Shown: positions 18,741 to 27,678 of the stretch, one piece after another | Numbering within the stretch: the first letter of the stretch is position 1 | Layout: the number at the start of each line of letters is the position of its first letter | NCBI GenBank assembly: GCA_902764145.1 | Contig: CACWUS010000001.1 | Span: forward strand, 21,678-85,677 | Length of the DNA: 64,000 nucleotides | Reading direction: 5' to 3' | Source: an uncultured Erysipelotrichaceae bacterium | GTDB lineage: Bacteria; Bacillota_I; Bacilli_A; RF39; UBA660 | The notes under the pieces: generated by a model | The model's database searches: none | Seen by the model: only the letters and a program-made list of their open reading frames with translations | Told to the model about the DNA's origin: nothing | Program-made: the position numbers and the translations under genes

Positions 18741-20543
18741 TTATCTATTACTTCTGAATCTTTCTTTTTGATCTAATATTTTTTTTCTAATTCTAATTGC
18801 ATCAGGTGTAACTTCAACAAGTTCATCTGATTCTATGAATTCTAAAGCCTCTTCAAGAGTAAATACTCTAGCTCTTGGAAGCGTAATAGCTTCATCACTA
18901 CTTTTACTTCTTGTATTAGAAAATTCCTTATTCTTACATGGATTTACATTTAGATCATTTTCTTTATTATGAATACCTACTATCATTCCCTCATAAACAT
19001 CAACTGAAGGTTCTACAATCATATATCCTCTATCTAATAAATTATATAATGCATATCCAAATGTTTTTCCATTTTCCATAGAAACAAGAACACCATTTTT
19101 ACGTCCACTAATTTCTCCAGCATAAGGTTTATAAGTATCAAAACTTCTTACCATAATCCCTTCACCTTTTGTATTAGTAATAAAGCTATTTCTATATCCA
19201 ATTAAACCTCTAGTTGGACAACTAAATTCAAGCCTTACATAATTTTCTTCTGAAGGTTCCATCAATTCCATAGTACCTTTTCTTTCACTTATATCTTGAA
19301 TAACTGTTCCACTATAATCATTTGGTACATTTATAATTACTTTTTCATAAGGTTCACACTTAACACCATCTATCTCTTTAAAAATAACTTCAGGTTTTGA
19401 TACACTAAGTTCATAACCTTCTCTTCTCATATTTTCAATTAATATAGATAAATGAAGTTCTCCACGACCAGAAACTTTAAATCCATCTCCAGTTGGCAAT
19501 TCTTCTACTTCAAGTCCAACATTTCTTTCAAGTTCAGCCATCAATCTATCCCTTAAATGTCTACTTGTTACAAATTTACCAACCTTACCAGCAAAAGGAG
19601 ATGAATTAACAAGAAAATTCATTGATAGAGTTGGCTTTTCTATCTCTATACTAGGTAATGCATCAACATTATTAGGATCACATATTGTATCTCCAATTGA
19701 TATATCTGGACATCCTGCTATTGTAACTATATCACCAAAGTATGCTTCATTAACTTCTTTTTTCTTAATACCTTCGTTTACAAATATTTTAGTAATTCTT
19801 TCTTTAGAAAGACTACCATCATTTTTAGATATAGTAACCATTTGACCAGTTTTAATTTTTCCTCTGTTTATTCTACCTATACCAAGTCTACCAATATAAT
19901 CATCATAATCAAGAGATGAAATTTGAAATTGTAATGGATCATTTTCATTTCCCTCAAATGGTTTAGTAGTTTCAATAATTGTATCTAATAATGGATATAT
20001 GTTATCATTTGAATCATTTTCCTCATACTTTGCGATTCCTTCTTTAGCAATACCATATATTATTTTAAAATCTAATTGATCATTGTCTGCACCTAGCTCA
20101 CAAAATAAATCAAAAGTCATATTAACAACTTCCTCAGCACGAGCATCTTTTTTATCTATCTTGTTGATAAATAAAATAGGTTTTAAACCATTCTTTAAAG
20201 CTTCCTTAAGTACAAATCTAGTTTGTGGCATAGGACCCTCAGCACTATCAACTAGTAAAACAACAGTATCAACAGTCTTAATAATTCTCTCAATTTCACT
20301 AGAAAAATCAGCATGACCCGGAGTATCAACAATATTCATCTTATAACCTTTATACCTAATAGCACAATTCTTAGCAGTTATAGTGATACCACGTTCACGT
20401 TCCAAATCACCACTATCCATGACACAATCAACAACAGTTTCATTATCTCTAAAAACTCCACCTTGTTTTAATAATGCATCTACTAGCGTACTTTTTCCTG
20501 CATCAACATGAGCAACTACTGCAAAATTAATAATTTTATCCAT
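18741..20543 (-). CDS. typA: Translational GTPase TypA/BipA
   Basis: Contains AHVDAGKSTL, DTPGHADF and NKIDK. Start set at MDKIINFAVV. Confidence 0.93.
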   Translation of the reverse strand: MDKIINFAVVAHVDAGKSTLVDALLKQGGVFRDNETVVDCVMDSGDLERERGITITAKNCAIRYKGYKMNIVDTPGHADFSSEIERIIKTVDTVVLLVDSAEGPMPQTRFVLKEALKNGLKPILFINKIDKKDARAEEVVNMTFDLFCELGADNDQLDFKIIYGIAKEGIAKYEENDSNDNIYPLLDTIIETTKPFEGNENDPLQFQISSLDYDDYIGRLGIGRINRGKIKTGQMVTISKNDGSLSKERITKIFVNEGIKKKEVNEAYFGDIVTIAGCPDISIGDTICDPNNVDALPSIEIEKPTLSMNFLVNSSPFAGKVGKFVTSRHLRDRLMAELERNVGLEVEELPTGDGFKVSGRGELHLSILIENMRREGYELSVSKPEVIFKEIDGVKCEPYEKVIINVPNDYSGTVIQDISERKGTMELMEPSEENYVRLEFSCPTRGLIGYRNSFITNTKGEGIMVRSFDTYKPYAGEISGRKNGVLVSMENGKTFGYALYNLLDRGYMIVEPSVDVYEGMIVGIHNKENDLNVNPCKNKEFSNTRSKSSDEAITLPRARVFTLEEALEFIESDELVEVTPDAIRIRKKILDQKERFRSNR

Positions 20544-20707
20544 GAAAATCATCCCTTTCTCATGCGCCTATTAATAATACACTATTTTAGAATATTTTTC
20601 AAGAAAAATCTTATTATAATGTAAAATATCATCTACAGTAACAAATTATTACTTACAATAAATGGTTAAAAGATGCAATTAATGGCAAAATAATAATAGG
20701 TGTTAAG

Positions 20708-20968
20708 ATGAAAGAAGACTATATTTTCAAAAATGAAAAAGAACTATATTTTACCATTGGAAAGAATATAAGATATTACAGAAAACTATATAGTTTAAAT
20801 AAAAAAGAACTCACACAAGAGTCCCTAGCTGAAATTGCAAATGTATCAACATCCTTAATAGGTAATTTAGAAAGCAAAAAAACATATCAAGGAATAAGTA
20901 TATATAATTTGTATAAAATTAGTAAAATATTAGAAATACCTATTGAATATTTTTTTGTTGATCGATAA
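20708..20968 (+). CDS. XRE-family HTH regulator (paralog A)
   Basis: LTQESLAEIANVSTSLIGNLES...LYKISKILEIPIEYFF. Confidence 0.7.
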   Translation: MKEDYIFKNEKELYFTIGKNIRYYRKLYSLNKKELTQESLAEIANVSTSLIGNLESKKTYQGISIYNLYKISKILEIPIEYFFVDR

Positions 20969-21215
20969 CAATTGATTCAAAAAATTTATCAATAGAAGTA
21001 TCTAATACTATTGAAATTTTATATAAAGTTAATAAAGCCATTCCTTCACTACCTTTAGTACTTTCAAATTTTCTAATATATTCTGGTGACTTACCAATAT
21101 CAAGTGCTAGTTGCTCTTGAGTTATACCATTTATTTTTCTATACTTGATTACGTTATAAGCAATAGTTTCAATTATATTTTCATTAAAATTGAACTCTCT
21201 TTTAAATCTTGTCAT
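20940..21215 (-). CDS. XRE-family HTH regulator (paralog B)
   Basis: ITQEQLALDIGKSPEYIRKFES...LYKISIVLDTSIDKFF. Its 3' end overlaps paralog A by 29 nt. Confidence 0.7.
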   Translation of the reverse strand: MTRFKREFNFNENIIETIAYNVIKYRKINGITQEQLALDIGKSPEYIRKFESTKGSEGMALLTLYKISIVLDTSIDKFFESIVIDQQKNIQ

Positions 21216-21317
21216 ACTACCACCTAAGAATAATTTTACATTGTTTTTAAATTAATTAATGTAATGTTATACTATACATTTTTAATTATTTATTTTATAA
21301 TTTAAATGGTGAAATAA

Positions 21318-21560
21318 ATGACTCAGAAGGAACTAAATATAATAATTGGTAAAAATATAAAAAAGTATAGAAAAATATGCAATAAAAAATTTACACAAGA
21401 ACAATTAGCAGAAGCAATCGATGTATCAGTTTCACTAATAAGCAATTTAGAAAGTGAAAAAATAAATATGGGCATAAGCATATCTAATCTTTATAAAATA
21501 TCAGTTGTATTAAACGTTCCTATTAATAAATTTTTTGAGGATAATAATTATGAAAAATAG
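21318..21560 (+). CDS. XRE-family HTH regulator (paralog C)
   Basis: FTQEQLAEAIDVSVSLISNLES...LYKISVVLNVPINKFF. Confidence 0.7.
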   Translation: MTQKELNIIIGKNIKKYRKICNKKFTQEQLAEAIDVSVSLISNLESEKINMGISISNLYKISVVLNVPINKFFEDNNYEK

Positions 21561-22068
21561 CTTAAATAACATATCTGATATTAATTCTTTTCTAAAAGAA
21601 AAAGACTTTAAAAAATTACTAAAAAAAATAGATTCAAAAAAGAAGATTAAAATAAATAATAAAATAATTCATAAAAAAAACTTATCGCACAAAGAACAAT
21701 TCCTATACAACCTAGATATGTATATAAACTTCATTAAATCAAAAGTATTTATTAATCAGTTCGAATTAAGATATATTATATATTTAACTTTATTTAATAG
21801 AAATAACAATATACTTTTTCATGATGTTTATTACTATGAAGACACAAATTATTATATAAATAAATTTATTAAAATGTTTATGTCAAATTATTTAAAAAAT
21901 TATAGATTTCTTTCAAAATATATTAATATTAAAAAAAGAAATTTTACTGAACTAATCGACATAATAAATAAAAATAAAAAAAGAACATATGTCTATTTTG
22001 AAGATATCAACATAAACAATATGAACTTTTATATTCCTTTAATATTAAATATTGAATCTAATTCATAA
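21550..22068 (+). CDS. Hypothetical K/N/Y-rich protein, translationally coupled to XRE paralog C
   Basis: GAGGA RBS. The ATG at 21550 overlaps the XRE stop by 11 nt. No recognisable domain. Confidence 0.5.
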   Translation: MKNSLNNISDINSFLKEKDFKKLLKKIDSKKKIKINNKIIHKKNLSHKEQFLYNLDMYINFIKSKVFINQFELRYIIYLTLFNRNNNILFHDVYYYEDTNYYINKFIKMFMSNYLKNYRFLSKYINIKKRNFTELIDIINKNKKRTYVYFEDININNMNFYIPLILNIESNS

Positions 22069-23134
22069 AAACATCATATATATTTTTATAACAGAAAGTT
22101 ACTCTATTCGTACCTTTCTTTTTTTCTTTAATTAAAAAACCTTGATCTACTAATTTATTTAATACCTTATTAACAGAATTAATATGTAAATTACACTCAT
22201 CAACTAAATCATGTGTAGTAAATACTATCTTTTTTAATATAACAGGATATACCTTAAATATAGTAGTACCCCCAATAGAATTCTTAAATAATTCATAATC
22301 ACTTTCATAAATTTTATTTAACTTTCTAATTCTTTTTATATTAATAGTGCATTGTTCAATAAAACATTGTAACAATAATTTGATAAATTTATTAACATCT
22401 TCCTCTATTTCACCACTTAAAGATGTAAAATATGTATTTTTTAAATTTTCCAAACTTTCAGATATAAATAACAAAGGAGGTTCCTTTTTATACATAGAAA
22501 ATTGAAGGGCAATTAATAATCTTCCTATTTTACCATTCCCAGAAACATAAGGATGAATTTTTTCAAATTGATAATGACTGATAATGGTAGAAATTAAATA
22601 TGGATCATCATTACTTTTAATATATTCAATTAACTCTTTCATTAAATCATTTACTTCTGTATACACAGGGGGAACAAATGAAACACTAGAGCCAGCTATT
22701 CCAGGTTTAAGTAAGAAATTTTGAGTCCTTCTAAATTTTCCACTTCCTTTAGTTTTACTATCCTTTTTGCAATTTAAAAATAACATCTTATTAATCTTGT
22801 TTAAAGTATCGATATTTATTTCACCTTTTGATGAATCAGAAGCACCTATTACTAATGATTGCTTAAGATTATTGAATTCTATTACTTCATTAGTTTTATT
22901 TAAATACTGTGAATGAAACATATATTCTTTGTCAATTTTACTTCCATCTAATTTAAATGAATAATAAGTATCCGAAATAAAAGCAGTTTCTAAAAAAGAT
23001 TTATAATCATACTTAAGATTTCTAAGATATCCTTTATATTCACCATATATTTCTTCTGCTTCACACAACAAATTATATAGTTCACCATTCTTATTATATT
23101 CTAATGGTAGTTTCTTAGCTTTATATGGTTCCAT
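22058..23134 (-). CDS. Fic-family protein with a C-terminal winged-helix domain and a degenerate Fic motif
   Basis: HPYVSGNGKIGR versus canonical HxFx(D/E)GNGRxxR. GGAGG RBS. Confidence 0.8.
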   Translation of the reverse strand: MEPYKAKKLPLEYNKNGELYNLLCEAEEIYGEYKGYLRNLKYDYKSFLETAFISDTYYSFKLDGSKIDKEYMFHSQYLNKTNEVIEFNNLKQSLVIGASDSSKGEINIDTLNKINKMLFLNCKKDSKTKGSGKFRRTQNFLLKPGIAGSSVSFVPPVYTEVNDLMKELIEYIKSNDDPYLISTIISHYQFEKIHPYVSGNGKIGRLLIALQFSMYKKEPPLLFISESLENLKNTYFTSLSGEIEEDVNKFIKLLLQCFIEQCTINIKRIRKLNKIYESDYELFKNSIGGTTIFKVYPVILKKIVFTTHDLVDECNLHINSVNKVLNKLVDQGFLIKEKKKGTNRVTFCYKNIYDVFMN

Positions 23135-23220
23135 ATTTTACCTCCATATATATAATATCACATTTATATAAAAAAATATACATAGTTTAGAATAAATATG
23201 TATATTTTATTTATTTGAAC

Positions 23221-23573
23221 AAAAAAAATAATTAAGTTCTGATAAAACTTAACTATCCTAGTTTAAAGAAATTAGATTACAATCGTTATAAATAATTTTT
23301 TTATTATAATATTCTAAATATTATCAGTATCTAGCGTAATCCCTTATCTTTTTGAGTTTCTTTCTCAATGATACATCATCGTTCAAGGTAGATAAGAATC
23401 TATTATTTCATATTTAAGAAATAAAATATTAACATATTTTAGCAAGTTAATACTAGAATATATTAAATAAATAGATTTTTTTCACCAAAATAATTAATAT
23501 AAATATTTTAATTTAATAAAAATTTTTTAAATTTAAACTAAACTATTATTATTTATACACTTATTATATTGAA
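23221..23573 (-). ncRNA. Candidate cis-regulatory long leader RNA, copy 1 (upstream of fic); unclassified
   Basis: Conserved core at 23311-23400. Terminator hairpin TTAAGTT-ttatcag-AACTTAA plus a T-run at 23221-23258. Paralogous to copy 2. Confidence 0.5.
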
Positions 23574-23580
23574 CAATATG

Positions 23581-23609
23581 ATTTTATCAATAATAAATAC
23601 AATTGTCAA
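23581..23609 (-). promoter_or_regulatory. Sigma-A type promoter of leader copy 1
   Basis: TTGACA-17 nt-TAAAAT on the minus strand. Confidence 0.55.
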
Positions 23610-23633
23610 TAAGGTTAAATAAGATACTGTAAA

Positions 23634-23987
23634 CTAAGTTGGATTAGGAAAATCCAAAAGACCATATCCTTCACCATTAATCCAATAAATCTTTTTATTT
23701 TTAATTTTAAAATTATAAACAATTCTATATTTAACATCTTGATCATTTTTATATATAAATTCTAAATCTATGGAACCATTCTTATTTGGTATAAATTTCC
23801 AATGATTTTCGCTTTGTTCAGAAAGAACAAGATTATTGTTACTAGCTCTATATTCCCAAACATAATTTTCATCATTAAAATTATAATCTATTGAAATTGA
23901 ATTTTCATACACTCCTAAATATGGATTATAAAATAGTATTATAAGTAACAAAACAGCTGTAACTCCAAAAATTATATAATATCTCAT
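23634..23987 (-). CDS. Small secreted or membrane-anchored protein, unknown function
   Basis: 117 aa, N-terminal hydrophobic segment, AAGGAGA RBS. Confidence 0.6.
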   Translation of the reverse strand: MRYYIIFGVTAVLLLIILFYNPYLGVYENSISIDYNFNDENYVWEYRASNNNLVLSEQSENHWKFIPNKNGSIDLEFIYKNDQDVKYRIVYNFKIKNKKIYWINGEGYGLLDFPNPT

Positions 23988-24004
23988 AAATTCTCCTTAT
24001 ACAC

Positions 24005-24677
24005 AAAAAGCAATCAGTCCTGATAAAACTTGATTGCCTTGAGTTTCCGAAAAAAAGATTATAATCATTTATATTAAAGTAGATACTTTAATATAAATAC
24101 ATTCTAAATATTATCAGTATTTAGCATAATCCCTTATCATTTTGAGTTTTACTTTCTCAACGATATATCATTTGTCCTTGGTAGATAAGATATCTATTTC
24201 TTAAATTAATAAGAATATTTATTTAATTATTGAAATATAAATATATAATTAAATATCAATAAATTAATACTAATAAATAATATATATATTTATTAGATAT
24301 AAATAATTAAGATAACTACTAATATATATAAATAATAATTTAATATTATTTGTATATAACAAAATGTAATCAAGTTAATTATTTATATGAGAATAAATAA
24401 TTAAAAATAATAATTAAATATATAAGTATAATTAATAAATTAATATTAAATATAAATATATATAATTACTACTATAACTATTTAATTTAAATAATAATAT
24501 TGAATATAAATTAATAATTAATAAATTAATATTAATTGTTAAAATATAAAAATCAATAATATTACTATAAAATAATTAAATAAAATTATAGATTTTTTCA
24601 CCAAAATAATTAATTGATGATTTATATATATAAATAATTAAATTTATAATATAAATATCCTTTAATTATCTATTGGA
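24005..24677 (-). ncRNA. Candidate cis-regulatory long leader RNA, copy 2 (upstream of the 117-aa gene); includes a ~380-nt AT-only insertion
   Basis: Conserved core at 24101-24195. Terminator hairpin CAATCA..ttatcag..TGATTG plus TTTTT at 24005-24040, ending 17 nt before the ATG. Confidence 0.5.
24205..24586. repeat. Extreme AT-only low-complexity tract
   Basis: About 380 nt with only a few percent G+C by eye. Recurring ATTAATAAATTAATATTA-type words. No ORF. Confidence 0.6.
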
Positions 24678-24684
24678 CAATTTT

Positions 24685-24713
24685 ATTTTATCAGTCTTTT
24701 AATAATGTGTCAA
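24685..24713 (-). promoter_or_regulatory. Sigma-A type promoter of leader copy 2
   Basis: TTGACA-17 nt-TAAAAT on the minus strand; homologous in layout to 23581-23609. Confidence 0.55.
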
Positions 24714-24722
24714 TACTTTTTT

Positions 24723-24753
24723 AAAAAAAAGAATAATTTTTTTAAAATTATTC
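24723..24753 (-). terminator. Intrinsic terminator after the hydrogenase-like gene
   Basis: 10-bp stem GAATAATTTT/AAAATTATTC followed by eight T on the minus strand. Includes the stop codon. Confidence 0.6.
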
Positions 24754-26244
24754 TTTTCCTAGTAGCACTTTTTTATTTTCAAAATTACTTTGAAAGATTT
24801 TTTTTGAATTATTAGATCCTGGATTTTCTAAATATTTTTTATAAATTTCTTTTAATTCTTTATTATTATATACAAATCTATTTTTTGAATTTTTATCAAG
24901 TAAGTATATTTTCTCACTCAAATCCTTAATATTTTCTATATTATTACAATTTTCATATATAGCTTGTCCACCACCATTAATACAACCTCCCTTACAAAAG
25001 GATACTTCAATCAAATGGTATTGTTTATACAAACTATTTTCTAGTAATTTTTCTAAGCTTTTCATATCTGTTACTACAGCTACCTTTAATTTCAAACTAT
25101 TAGTATTAATTGTTGCTTCTCTTATATCTTCATTTCCTCTTAATTCATATATATCAATCTCATCTTTTGCTAAATCTTTTTTATTAATAACCCTGTAAAC
25201 TGTTCTTATAATAGATTCTGTTTGACCACCTGAAACACTAGATAGATAACCACTGCCGCTTATTTCTCCAACTATGGAATCATAATTACTACTATCTATT
25301 GTCTTTAAATCTATATCTTCATCTTTAATTAACAATAACAATTCATTTGTTGTTATAAAGTAATCTGTATTTACATTTTTTTCTTTTCCATATAATTTAT
25401 AAGCTGAACAATTAGAAATACTAACAGTTACAATTCTTTTTCTATCAAAACCTTTTTTCTCACAAAAATAATTTTTTATAATTTCATCTTCCATTTCAAT
25501 AGGTGTTTTACAATAAGATAAATTATTTAATAGTTCAGGATGATATATTTCAGCATATTTTATCCATGATGGACATGAAGAAGTAAATAAAGGTAATTTC
25601 TCTTTTTTACTTATTCTTTCAATTAATTCAAATGATTCCTCAAATGATAATAAGTCAGATCCAAATGATGAACTAAAAATATAATCAAATCCTATTTTTC
25701 TTAAAATTCCTATTGTCTTTTTTTCGGCCACACTTATATCATCTATATTATATATTTTGCCTATTGTTAAAAATACACTTGGAGATAATATTGCAATCAC
25801 TATTTTTTCATTAGCATCCATTATCTGTTTTACTTTTCTATATTCAGACTTTATTGATAAAGCCTTTGTAGGACAACTTAAAACACATTGTCCACAACCT
25901 GTACAAATAGGATTATTACATATATTTAAATCATATGTTAAGTTAGCTATATTTTCACAAACTTTTTTACATTGACCACAATTAATACATTTATCATTAT
26001 TTTTTTCTATTGAATAGTTATCATCACTCAATAGAATACATTTATCATTTTCATTTTTATTAATAATTCTTGATTTTTTTTCTTCTTTTGCTTCTTCTAA
26101 CATTGATTCAATAATAGCGTCTATTTCATTATTAGCTATATCTTCAACCACATGAAAAGAATCTGATCCACACTTTGGACATTTTGAAATATTTTCTTCA
26201 AGTTCTATTTTAAATCTACAACTATCACATAAGTATTCTTTCAT
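24748..26244 (-). CDS. [FeFe]-hydrogenase-like protein with non-canonical H-cluster motifs (sensory-type candidate)
   Basis: N-terminal Zn-ribbon CDSC..CPKC. Two 4Fe-4S motifs, CINCGQCKKVC and CTGCGQCVLSC. L1 TSSCPSW, L2 SNCSAYK, L3 EVSFCKGGCINGGGQ. C-terminal small-subunit-like domain. Confidence 0.8.
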   Translation of the reverse strand: MKEYLCDSCRFKIELEENISKCPKCGSDSFHVVEDIANNEIDAIIESMLEEAKEEKKSRIINKNENDKCILLSDDNYSIEKNNDKCINCGQCKKVCENIANLTYDLNICNNPICTGCGQCVLSCPTKALSIKSEYRKVKQIMDANEKIVIAILSPSVFLTIGKIYNIDDISVAEKKTIGILRKIGFDYIFSSSFGSDLLSFEESFELIERISKKEKLPLFTSSCPSWIKYAEIYHPELLNNLSYCKTPIEMEDEIIKNYFCEKKGFDRKRIVTVSISNCSAYKLYGKEKNVNTDYFITTNELLLLIKDEDIDLKTIDSSNYDSIVGEISGSGYLSSVSGGQTESIIRTVYRVINKKDLAKDEIDIYELRGNEDIREATINTNSLKLKVAVVTDMKSLEKLLENSLYKQYHLIEVSFCKGGCINGGGQAIYENCNNIENIKDLSEKIYLLDKNSKNRFVYNNKELKEIYKKYLENPGSNNSKKIFQSNFENKKVLLGKE

Positions 26245-26286
26245 TAGTTCACCTAATATTAATTATATCATAGTTTTAAAATTCAG

Positions 26287-27678
26287 TTAACATTTATCAA
26301 TTTCAAAGTAAAAAGTTGTTCCTTTTCCTTTTTTGCTAAATACTCCATAATTATAATTATGTTTTTCCAGTATGGATTTAACTATCGATAATCCTAAACC
26401 TGTTCCTATAGTATTTCTTTTATGTTTTTTTTCGTTATGATAATATTTATCCCATATTACTTTATATTCATTTTTATCAATACCTTTTCCAGTATCTTTA
26501 ATTTCTATTCTTATTTTTTTTGAATCTTCTACTAAATTCACATATACTTTTTTATCTTTCCCAGTATAATTGATCGCATTATTTATTAAATTATAAATAA
26601 CTTGTTCAATTCTTTTCTTATCAGAATAAACATTAATTTTTCTATTATCCATAATGTTATAAATAAATTCATATCCTTCATTATCTATTAATATATAATA
26701 TTTTTGCAAAACATTTCTTATCACTTCATTTATATCAAATTTTTCTAATTTTAATTCATCAATATTAGGTTGTAATTTAGATAAATTTAATATATCTCTA
26801 ACTAATATATTTAATCTTTCAGTTTCATCTATTATTATATTCATATTTTCTTTCTTTTTTGAAACAGATTGATTATCTAAATCTCTACTCATTTCAGCAT
26901 AAGCTTTAATCATTGTTAACGGAGTTTTTAAATCGTGGCCAACATTTGCCATCAAATCTCTTCTTAATTCATCTGTTTTTGATAATTCAATTTTAACTTT
27001 TTCCAAAGTGTTTGATAATTCATTTATTTCTTCAATATTGCTATTTGTTGAAAATTTAATATTAAAATTTCCCTTTGAAAGTTCATTCGCGGTTTTATTT
27101 AATTTCTCTATAGGCTTTGATAATTCTTTAGAAATAATTATACCTACAATAATTGATATTAACACAAGCAAAAGAACAGCCTGAAAATATTGCCTCTTTA
27201 ATAGGACAATTGTAGAATCTAATGGCTCAATAGACGTACTTAAAAAAATGTATGTGTTCTCATCATACTTAATAGCTTTAATCATTGTTTTTTTTTTAAA
27301 TCTATTGTTTTTTATTAAAATTGTTTCTTCATCTTTTTCTTCTTTTAAAAATTTGTTTATATATCTATTGATACTTTTTTTGTCACTAAAAATACAACCC
27401 TTATTAAACATTGTTGATATATTTTTATTATTTCCTTCATCATAAACAGAAACACATATGCCATTTTCATATGCTAAATCTTCCAATTTAGTATTGGAAA
27501 TATCACTTGTATTTTTAATTGTTTTTGATATTTTTTCTAATTGTCTAGTTTTATATTTTTCATAATATGTATTTAAAGATAGAATTTGTATAATATATAA
27601 TAATATTAAAACAAAAAATATAAATAATAATAACCATTTTAATATTATATATTTGATTTTTCTATTCCTTTGTTTCAA
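26287..27678 (-). CDS. Sensor histidine kinase (2 TM, HAMP, HisKA, HATPase)
   Basis: H-box NVGHDLKTPLT and G-box GTGLGLSIVK. Overlaps the response regulator gene by 17 nt. Confidence 0.88.
   Translation of the reverse strand: MKQRNRKIKYIILKWLLLFIFFVLILLYIIQILSLNTYYEKYKTRQLEKISKTIKNTSDISNTKLEDLAYENGICVSVYDEGNNKNISTMFNKGCIFSDKKSINRYINKFLKEEKDEETILIKNNRFKKKTMIKAIKYDENTYIFLSTSIEPLDSTIVLLKRQYFQAVLLLVLISIIVGIIISKELSKPIEKLNKTANELSKGNFNIKFSTNSNIEEINELSNTLEKVKIELSKTDELRRDLMANVGHDLKTPLTMIKAYAEMSRDLDNQSVSKKKENMNIIIDETERLNILVRDILNLSKLQPNIDELKLEKFDINEVIRNVLQKYYILIDNEGYEFIYNIMDNRKINVYSDKKRIEQVIYNLINNAINYTGKDKKVYVNLVEDSKKIRIEIKDTGKGIDKNEYKVIWDKYYHNEKKHKRNTIGTGLGLSIVKSILEKHNYNYGVFSKKGKGTTFYFEIDKC

Noticed and set aside
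21236-21264. Inverted repeat TTACATT-15 nt-AATGTAA between divergent XRE genes as an operator
   Set aside because: A 7-bp A/T-rich inverted repeat is expected by chance in this composition. It may be real, but the sequence alone does not support it.
23311-23400. Purine riboswitch assignment for the conserved leader core
   Set aside because: The core shares only UCUACC with the purine aptamer J2/3. It lacks the UAUAAU, GGAUAUGG, CCGUAAA and GACUAUG elements, and the helix layout differs.
24205-24586. CRISPR array or regular tandem repeat in the AT-only tract
   Set aside because: No constant-length repeat/spacer periodicity is present, no cas genes are nearby, and the recurring words are short and irregularly spaced.
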